DNA from: Octopus vulgaris
Taxonomy: Eukaryota
DNA: 64,000 nt
Assembly (NCBI GenBank): GCA_951406725.2
Contig: OX597821.1
Coordinates: 118,234,001-118,298,000, forward strand
Direction: 5' to 3'
Shown: positions 53,830 to 64,000 of the stretch, piece by piece
Layout of the letters: every line of letters begins with the position of its first letter
Position numbering within the stretch: position 1 is the first letter of the stretch
Notes under the pieces: generated by a model
Seen by the model: the letters and a program-made list of their open reading frames with translations, nothing else
What the model was told of the DNA's origin: nothing
The model's database searches: none
Translations under genes and position numbers: made by a program

Positions 53830-54125
53830 TGATTTGGGATAAAGAAGAGAAACTAAATACAGCTGTAGAAAATAGTTGCCCAGTGAAAAAGAGAATACCT
53901 ATGCTGAACTATTGAGGAATCTGGAGTTTCTCTATCCAGATTACAAATTCAGGTTTATACCTGCAATTATTGGGGCCCTGAGATATGTAACACACTGCCT
54001 AAATACCAATTTTGAGAAATTAGGCTTCTCAAAACCAGAAAGCGGAAAGCTAATTTGAAGACTACAGATCCAATCCATCACTGGAACTGTAAAAATCTGT
54101 AAAACTTTCTAGAAGTTTATCATTT
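53830..54125 (+). mobile_element. 3' fragment of an RLE-type non-LTR retrotransposon
   Basis: EKENTYAELL...FIPAIIGAL...LQIQSITGTVKICKTF; next to (TACA)n. Confidence 0.6.
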
Positions 54126-54860
54126 AAATATATATGAGAATGTCTAGATATGCAACTATATGCAGGAGAATATAGACGTAAAGCAAAACATACATACATA
54201 CATACACACATACATACACACATACATATATACATACACACATACATGCATACATACATATATGCATACATACATACATACACACACACATACACACTAA
54301 GCCTCACCAAGGCAATGACTAGTGACCAAGACTTTTGGAAATATACTGTGCTTCAGAAGACTCGGCAAGCCAAATGAGACCATAACCTCATGGCCTATTC
54401 CAGGGGTGTAACCAGCCCACTTATGCATACTTTTCCTTCATTGGACACTAAACTCTGCTTGTGAAGACCTGTTGAGGCAAGTGAAATCTGGGTTAGAAAC
54501 TGGTTCTTTCTATATTGGCAAGAAATCTTGAAATAAAACTGAACAATGGCATACATGCAGACAGGCAGACAGACAGAACAGTCTGGAATGGGATAACAAA
54601 AGGGAAAACACTGACACCTAAAGTTGACCACATTGAGGCTGACGGGTCAAAAGGATATTGGTGGAACTTCAGAATTAAAACAGTCACCAAGTTAAATCAC
54701 AACTGGCCAGATTTTGTTGTGTATATGTTCGTTGCATAGGTGTGTGTATGTGTGCATGTATGAGACCCTCACAAATTCAACAGACATTCTAAAGAGCAAT
54801 TATTGAATACTTCTATAATGTATCTTCCCATATAAAACACACATACATGCACACACACAT

Positions 54861-54916
<56 letters not shown>

Positions 54917-55011
54917 TTACACATACATACACAATTATATATGCATGTGTCACAATGTGTGTATAGTGTGGGTGTGAACTTAAATACATACATACATACC
55001 ACATACATATA

Positions 55012-55532
55012 CCGTAAATCCTTGAGTATAGTCCGCCCTTGAGTATAATATGCAGGGGATTTTTAGGGGACTGTACCTCTGAAAAACCTAAACCTTGTGT
55101 ATAATATACACCCCTTCTCTAACTTGAGTCAAGGAGGTCTATATAACGTCTTTGGTTTGTAAAACTGTATACGGTAACATCCTTTATTATTATTGTATAT
55201 ATAACATAATGCAAACATGTAGCTTTTTTGCGCATTTTGTTTGCAGAAAATAAAGAAATAACAGTAATAACAGTAATAACGTTTAATAAATTTTGCTTAC
55301 TGCAAGTTATGGATGATTCTTTTATGACTTCATTGCTTTCAGACTTAGCTTAAGGTATTTTTGTGCCCGACATCACAAAATGCGTTTGAATAAACATTGC
55401 CAGACAGCAAATAGAGACTCGGACATTGATTAGAAAATAATTTTCATTTTTAACCTCGTATATAGTATGCACTAGGGATTTTGACCTTTAAATTTTGGGA
55501 AAAAAATGCGGATTATACTCGAAGATTTATGG
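55012..55532. mobile_element. pogo/Tigger-like MITE
   Basis: TA-ccgtaaatccttgagtatagtccgc ... gcggattatactcgaagatttatgg-TA terminal inverted repeats. Confidence 0.75.
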
Positions 55533-55550
55533 TAGATAAATAGATAGATA

Positions 55551-55590
<40 letters not shown>

Positions 55591-55594
<4 letters not shown>

Positions 55595-55841
55595 AAATAT
55601 TATTAGAGACAAAACCACTATTTTGCAAAACAAACAAGGAAAGACTTAATCAATACATAAAATTTTAATAAATAGTCAAAAAAACCGCCACTACAATTTT
55701 TCTTGTCTTGATCGACAATCTTCAGGTGGACTTCCAATAAGTCAGTTTCAAATATTTTATAATATTTTACTATAAAATTGGATTTAATCCTAAATCTGAT
55801 TTTTTCCCTGTAAATTTGGATTTATTCCCTAATATTTATTA
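55591..55841 (-). mobile_element. (TA)n-embedded Penelope-like pseudo-LTR fragment
   Basis: Bounded by TA tracts and contains the hammerhead motif at 55688-55729. Confidence 0.55.
55688..55729 (-). ncRNA. Minimal hammerhead motif, probably one base short in stem III
   Basis: CCAC-CUGAAGA-UUGUC(gaucaa)GACAA-GAAA-AAUUG-UA/GUGG; perfect stems I and II. Confidence 0.62.
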
Positions 55842-56190
55842 TATATATATATGTATATATATATATTGTTGCTGTTATGCAAAAGTGTCATAGCTTTTTC
55901 AGAAAACGTAAAAATAGTTTCGCCATTCCATAGCAAAACTGTTGTACAACACTTTGACAATTTTTGTTATCTTGGCATCTGAAGCAGCTGGAGATACGAT
56001 AGTTTGACCAAAAGAACTGGTTATTGCAATCAAAAATAAATATTGATAAAAAAACGCATTTGGCCAAATTTGGGCATACAACAATTTAACATAATAGCAA
56101 TGATACACAGCAGAAACTTGGTTTTTTGAACAATTCTGATCACGAATAAACCATACTTTTATCTCCTGTCTTTCTCCTATTCATTTAATG

Positions 56191-56271
56191 CAGTAGTACC
56201 TCGGTTTACGAATGCCTCTGATCACAAATAAATTATACTTTATATATATCTCTCTCTCTCTCTCTCTCTCT

Positions 56272-56314
<43 letters not shown>

Positions 56315-56358
56315 CGTGATTTATTCACGATCAGAGTTGTTCGAAAACTGAGGTATTA

Positions 56359-56361
<3 letters not shown>
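56191..56361. mobile_element. Tigger-like small MITE with central microsatellite
   Basis: cagtagtacctcggtttacga / tcgaaaactgaggtattactg inverted ends. Confidence 0.6.
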
Positions 56362-56414
<53 letters not shown>

Positions 56415-57086
56415 ATACATTCATACATACATACACACATACATACACACGTACATTCATATACTCATTCACATACCTATTTTTCTATTTGGCACATAAA
56501 ACAACAGCTTCAGTCATGTGTATTGCAATATCTATTAATAAATTATTTAGTGTTTAAATCAAGGGTTGTTTAACAAACGAAATGAAGTCACATGAATTTG
56601 AAGTTGAATAAAAGCTATTTCAGACTTAGACAACATTATTATGTTCACTTTTCAATTAGATAACATCTAATCCATGACTGTTCCTCTCACATCAGAAACA
56701 CAAACGATGACCCTAATTCTAGATACCCCTAAAATGTGTGTCCTTTCTTCATTTAAGGTGGTTGGGAGTGATTTTGATGGTGATTTGACTGCTGTTACTA
56801 ACAACATGAAACTTTGAGTAACAATCTCATTAAGACTTCCCCATTGTCACATTGACCCTTTTGGTAGCAACCTATCTGAGACTGACATGTTTCTATGATA
56901 TGAAATAATTCATTTCAAAGAATTCATGTTCAAACTGAAATCTTCATTCATAATTTTAGGTTAAAACCATTTTTACAACACTGAAAGCAATTTTAGTGTG
57001 ATATTCATCCAGAGACAATATCTGTATTGGATGTACTGGGTCAAAAACACAGCGCGCGCGCACGCATGCACGCACGCATGCACGCA

Positions 57087-57118
<32 letters not shown>

Positions 57119-57892
57119 CACACACACACGCAACACACATGTCAGAGACAGACAAATATCAGCCTAGCAGCAGCTGGTGGGAATGTTAGATGCATTTCTG
57201 TGTTTTTGGGTGTGGTCAGTAACATAACAGATTATAATTCAATAATTCACATTGAATTCTAAACTGGAGGGATTCCAATCATTGCAGAGACAAATCACTG
57301 CCTGATAATTAAGTTTGTTTGGTATGATAGTAATTAAGTAACAAATTAAATGATGTCTATTTATAACATAAAAAGTTATAAATAGTTATAGACAGCAATA
57401 AATATGCAATTTTCTTCTCTCAACTTATCCATGTTTGATAGACAAATATATTTCACTTGAATATTTATTTAATTTCCTAAACAATCAAATCTGTAAACTA
57501 ACCATATGTTAAAAAGATATAATTAAAAAAATTATAATAAAATATAATAAAAGACATAATAAAAAAGATGTAATAATAAAAAAATATAATAAAAAATAGG
57601 TGCAGGAGTGGCTGTGTGGTAAGTAGCTTGTTTATGAACCACATGGCTCTGGGATCAGTCCCACTGCATGGCACCTAGGGCAAGTGTCTTCTACTATAGC
57701 CTTGGGCAGACCAAAGCCTTGTGAGTGGATTTGGCAGACAGAAACTGAGAGAAGCCCACTGTATATATATGTGTGTGTGTGTCTGTATTTATCTCCTTAC
57801 CATCACTTGACAATTGGTGATGGTGTGTTTATGTCCCTGTAACTTAGCGGTTCAGGAAAAGAGACCGATAGAATAAGTACTAGACTTACAAA

Positions 57893-58376
57893 TGATATGC
57901 ATAAGATCTGGTCATCAAATCTAAGTAGAGATTTCAAACTTAAAATCTTCAAAGCCACAGTCGAACCAGTTCTACTATATGGCTCAGAAATCTGGATGTT
58001 ATCAAAGAAGCTTGAGAGGCGGTTGGATGGAACTTATAATCACCTTCTTATGAGAGCTCAAAATCTCTCATGGAAGCATCATCCAACCAAAGTACAAATA
58101 TATGGGAAACTACCACCTGTATCATCTCTTGTGAAAGGTAGAAGAGTCCAGTTTTCTGGACATTGTTGTAGAGCTGAAAACGAGGTAATTTCTACTCTTC
58201 TCCTCTGGAAGCCATCTGCTCGCAATACCAGAGGGCGCACACTCTCCTACCCTGATGTAATTTCCAGGGATACAGGCATCCAGCAACAGGACCTCTGTAA
58301 TGCTATGATGGACCATGAAGTCTGGCGTAACATAGTAAATTCCATTGTCTCGACCACGGTCAAACAATGATGATGA
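57893..58376 (+). mobile_element. LINE 3' end inserted into a SINE
   Basis: KIWSS..KLKIFKATVEPVLLYGSEIW..R.QFSGHC..GRTL; short (TGA)n tail; SINE sequence resumes after it. Confidence 0.8.
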
Positions 58377-60783
58377 CAAAAAATAAGTCCTGGGTTGATT
58401 TGTTCGATTATAGGCAGTGCTCCTGCATGGCCGCAGTCAATGTCTTCTTGTTTCAATATGTCAACATTTATTGGACAATGACCATTCAGTTAAAGATGTT
58501 ATTTAGATTTGTAAATAATTCACTTAAAAAATATGAAGTCACACAAACTCATGCACATAGACACACACACGAAAGGAGACTGACATACACATGCAAATAC
58601 ACACACACACACAAACATGCATACAGAAACAACTGAATATGCAGAACACATACATACAAATATACACGCATGCATACACATGCATATATGCATGCACACA
58701 CGTGCATACATACATGCCTACATACATATGTGTATACACATGCATACTGATGCACATACACGTGCACACAAACAGAAAGAAAGCAACTCCAGTAACAGAG
58801 TCAGGACTAGATGACACTTGCCCAAGGTGCTGTTCATTAGGATTGAACCTCAAGCCATGTGGTTGCAAAGTGAACTTCTTAACCACACAACCACGCCTGA
58901 AAATATGAAGAATTTACTGTAAAAACTTTATTATTAAGTTTGGGTAAAGGCGGCAAGCTGGCAGAATGGTTAGCACACCAGGCAAAATGCTTAGTGGCAT
59001 TTTATCCATCTTTACATCCTGAGTTCAAATTCCACCAAGGTCGACATTGCCTTTCATCCTTTCAGTGTTGATGAAATAAGTACCAGTGAAATACTGGGGT
59101 GGATGTAATTGACTAACCCCACCACCCACCAAAATTCCAGGCCTTGTGCCTACAGTAGAAAGGATTATTAAGCCTGGCTTTGGAACATAAATTAACATAA
59201 GATTTTGATGAGATGTTTTAATTAAGATCATTTTAGAATAAGGAAATTTGCATCATAGAACCAAGGACAATATCAGATGTGTTGGATTCAGAAAGATTGA
59301 CATAGGCGCAGGTGTGGCTGTGTGGTAGGAAGCTTGATTCCTAACCACATGGTTCCGGGTTTAATCCCACTGTGTGGCACCTTAGGCAAGTGTCTTCTAC
59401 TATAGCCTTGCACCAACCTAAGCCTGGTGAGTGGATTTGGTAGATGGAAACAGGAAGAAGCCTGTCATATATATTTATATGTACATATTTGCGTGCATGT
59501 GTGTCTGTGATCGTCCCACTGCCATTGCTTGACACACTGTTACTGGTGTGCTTATGTCCCCATAACTTAGCAGTTCAGCAAAAGAGACCATTAGAATAAG
59601 TACTAGGCTTATAAAGAATAAGTCCTGGGATTGATTTGTTTGACTAACACCATTTAAGGTCGTACTTCAGAATGGCCACAGTCAAATGACTGAAACAAGA
59701 TAAAATAATTAAAAGGAGACAAAAGAATGGCCCTGAAAGACAATTTCCTGAAGTCAGTAGGGAAAATATTCGATTGATAATGATTGATTGATAATAATTG
59801 ATTGATAATCGATTGTGATAAAGGAAAATGAAACTCTGAACTCAACCAATTGTTATGTTTGCATATGCACTAAATAAATGCTGATTGATCAATCTCATCA
59901 ATAATTGTACAAGCTGTTTCTATCTTGTCAGACAAATATGTCTTTACTATATTTATTTAGCTGTCTCGCTTCATTTCTCATCAGTGTCCGTGAAAACACG
60001 GAGAAATCGTTCAAATTTAAACCCACATTGTTTTAGATGTAGAACAACAGATTTAATGATTATCAACGAATGAGAATTTATTATGGAAAACAATACAAAC
60101 AGAAGCAGCGAGGCAAGGATATTGAATGATAAAACAACAACAAAAAAAATCTCAACAGTAAAATAAAAGTGTTAATAACAAGCTGCGGATGTATTAGAGA
60201 AACAAGTTTCATCTGAGCTCAATTGGATTTATTTAGTTGACTGGTCCTGTGCTGGTGGCACATAAAAAGCACCATTCAAGTGTGGGTGTTGCCAGTGCTG
60301 CATGACTGGCCCTTGTGCCGGTGGCACATAAGAAGTACCCACTACACTTACAGAGTGGTTGGTTTAGAGAGGGCATCCAGCTGTAGAAACTTTCCCAGAT
60401 CAGACTGAAGCCTGGTGCAGAATTCTGGCTTGACAGTCCCCAGTCAAACTGTCTAACCCATGCCAGCATGGAAAGCCGACGTTAAATGATGATGATGATG
60501 ATGATGACATAGGTGCACGTGTTGCTGTGTGGTAAAAAAGCTTGTTTTTCAACTGTGTGGTTTTGGGTTCCATCCCACTGTGTGGTATCTTGGATAAGTG
60601 TCACCTACTAGAGCTCTGGGATGACCAATGCTTTGTGAATGAGTTTAGTTCAGAGAAATTGAATGGAAGACAGAATATACATACATACACACATACATAC
60701 AAACACTCATACATACATATATATATAGGGCTGAGTATATAAATATATATATATATAAGTATATAAGAATATATTTAACTAAA

Positions 60784-60831
<48 letters not shown>

Positions 60832-60908
60832 TTTAGTTAAATATATTCTTATATACTTTACACATGTATATATCTTTCTGAAGAATTTTCTAATATTGAT
60901 TTTCTGAT

Positions 60909-60972
<64 letters not shown>

Positions 60973-63900
60973 GTGTGTGTGTTTAAATATATGTGTGTGT
61001 ATGCATGTATATTTGTGTCTGTGTTTGTTCTCCCAGACCAGCATGACCACCGTCCATTGAACGAAACAAAATAAAAAGCAGGGCAAATGTAGAAAGATAG
61101 AAAGTAACTTATACTTTAGTTTTCTTTTCTACTCTAGGTACAAGGCCCGAAATTTTTGGGGAGGGGGCCAGTCTATTAGATCAACCCCAGTACGCAACTG
61201 GTACTTTATTTATCGACCTTGAAAGAATGAAAGGCAAAGTTGACCTTGGTGGAATTTGAACTCAGAACGTAAAGACAGACGAAGTACCGCTAAGCATTTC
61301 ACCCAGCGTGCTAGTGTTTCTGCCAGCTTGCTGCCATTTATACATGAGATTTCATCTTGACATTGTTTATTAAAAAAACCTATTAAACAAACAGCAAATT
61401 GTAACCATGTTTCCACTCCCCTTCCAACTCCTCACCTCACTTCTTTAACTTTATGATGTCAACACAAAAATAATCTCTAAACAAAGTCTCTAGAATATTT
61501 GCAAATAAATTGAATGTTGAAATTTTAATTAGATGAGTTCAGAGAAAAGACGAAATAAAAAAAAAAAAAACGAAACCTCTCCTAATTAAGTTTGCTGGTA
61601 TTCACTAAAAGTTAATTGAGTTGAAAAGCAGTGTATGTCAACAACAAGACCTTGTTATCTCTCACTGTCTGACTAGATAAGAACATGTTGGGGAAAATAA
61701 CTGCAGTTAACGGTAAACCATAATCCCCCCACTTTTTTTTCATGATATCAGTGAAGAAGAAACTAAGATGGAATGTGGCTTAGTGGTTAAGGTGTTGCAC
61801 TCACTATTGCAAGATTGTGGTTTCAATTCCTGAACCATGTAGTGCATTGTGATCTTGAGTGAAACCATTTCATTTCACATTGCTTCAGTTCAGTCATCCG
61901 AAAATGTGACAGACTGGCGTCCTGTTCAGAGGGGTCATTGTGACCTTGATCATTGATACACCACGGAACACAGGCAAGTGGCCCTATGAGTCCTAGAACT
62001 TGAGACAGTACTTTTACAGCAGAATCTAATCTAAACTAATCTACAAAAGCAATTATCAAAGCAATAGCTGAAATTTACAGAAAAACAAAAGATGAAGACA
62101 GGTGTATAAACAACAAACAGGTATATTAGTTTAACACTCGGGAAGGTGAGAAGTCTCTTTATGTTTTGAGTCTACACTCTTTAACGGAAAGGAACATGAG
62201 GAAATAGACAGAGGGAGAATAAAAAACTTTTGGAGCTAGCAGTCAATCTTGATACTTTAGTATAAGGTGTCTTAACAAGATAGGAGGTACTGTAGCTTAA
62301 AGATATTGTATAGATTCTAAAATATTGATCTCTGTCATAAAACAAGGGCCTTTGGATAGAAATATATTTTCATGCCCTCCCTCACCACCTCAACTGTTAA
62401 CAACAATAACAATGACAACAATTCTAACCGGTTATGAGATGTAAAATCATCTGAGAAAAGATTTGTCGCCCCATCTCTACCACTTTTGTCATTTCTCCAG
62501 CAACTCCCACCGACCCGTATATAATGTAAGGTTTTCATAACAAAAGGCCAGTGGCCATTCTTTGGTCATACTTTAACTTCTCAACACCCAGCATAAAATT
62601 ACATCCCCCCTCTCAAATACTTTCCCTATTTCTTTATTGTCCACAAGGGGCTAAACATAGAGGGAACAAACGAGGACAGACAAACGGATTAAGTCGATTA
62701 CATCAACCCCAGTGCGTAACTGGTACTTAATTTATCGACCCCGAAAAGATGAAAGGCAAAGTCGACCTCGGCGGAATTTGAACTCAGAACATAAAAACAG
62801 ATGAAATACCGCTCAGCATTTCACCTGGCATTCTAACGTTTCTGCCAGCTCACTGCCTTCTCAAATACTTTTCCTCCTGCTCAGTCAAAAGGGCTTTTTT
62901 ATGTTTTTTTTTCTCTCCTATAATTTACATGACAACCTCACTAGTGCTGGTGCTATGTAAAAAGCACCCAGTACACACTATAAGTGGTTAGCATAAGGAA
63001 GGGCATTCAGCCATAAAAACCAGGCAAAAGCCGACATTCAAGACTGATGCAATCCCGCAGCTCCCCTGATCCTGTTGAACTGTTCATCTCATGCCAGCTT
63101 GGCAAAATAGATGCATAAAAAGCTTAGCCAAGTGTGGTAAACATTTAAATATGAAACAACCAAGTTATTAATTTGCAGATCTGATTTTAAGAGACAACCC
63201 TGTTACTCTTTTACACTTTTTGCTCTTTTACTTGTTTCAGTCATTTGCTTATGGCCATGCTGGAGCACCACCTTTTAGTTGAATGAATTGACCCCCGGAT
63301 TTATTCTTTGTAAGCCTAGTACTTATTCTATCGGCCCCTTTTGTTGAACCACTAAGTTACGGGGACATAAACACACCAACATCAGTTGTCAAGTGATAGT
63401 GGGGGTGACAAACACAGACACATAACCATATATTTACATATGTATGTATATGTGTTTATATATATATATATATATAAGACAGGCTTCTTTCAGTTTCTGT
63501 CTACCAAATCCACTCACCAGGCTTAGGTTGGTGCAAGGCTATAGTAGAAGACATTTGCCCAAGGTGCCATGCAGTGGGACTGAACACAGAATCATGAGAT
63601 TGGGAAGCAAGCTTCTTACCACACAGCCACACCTGTGCCTATTATGTGATTTGATCAAATTTTCTTTCCTTTGGAACATATGTCTTCCTGTTATGTATTT
63701 CTTTATCACAGTTTTATAACCATTTCATTATGGTTGTATTATGGCTTTATTACTTTTTTACATCCGCTTTTATCACAGTTTCGTATCAATTTTATCACCG
63801 ATTTATATCTGTTTTAAAACTGTTGCATATCCTTTGATCATTGTTATATGTAGCTATTTTATTATAGTTTTATATCCATTTCATCACTGCTGTGCATCCA

Positions 63901-64000
63901 GATTATCACAGTCTTATATTGACGTTTTTACCAGTAATTGTCTTTCTGGTAACCCCCACCTGAACCTAACAGACATACAGAAACTGAAAGGATTAAGGGC

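Overview
Repeat-dense, AT-rich animal genomic DNA; the SINE families and microsatellite load look like octopus (coleoid cephalopod), which is an inference. Two convergent multi-exon genes can be spliced by hand with GT-AG sites and consistent phases. (1) The last 13 coding exons of an LRP2/megalin-like receptor on + (2260-21814: LDLa, EGF, cbEGF, YWTD propeller, EGF, EGF, TM, cytoplasmic tail). (2) A 7-coding-exon, ~455-aa MANSC-domain, mucin-stalk type I membrane protein on - (53093-30764; MANSC1/C11orf24-like tail YSRIDYLVNGMY) with a tandemly duplicated stalk exon. The rest is tRNA-derived SINEs, RTE, R4/Dong, CR1/L2 and Gypsy fragments, mariner, maT, pogo and piggyBac MITEs, and micro/minisatellites. 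The most notable non-genic signal is a recurring class of short elements anchored in (TA)n tracts, often with a fold-back palindrome at the other end and, in several sequence-unrelated families, a type I hammerhead-ribozyme core of the minimal Penelope type. One such core sits in a tRNA-headed SINE-like element that forms a large head-to-head inversion.
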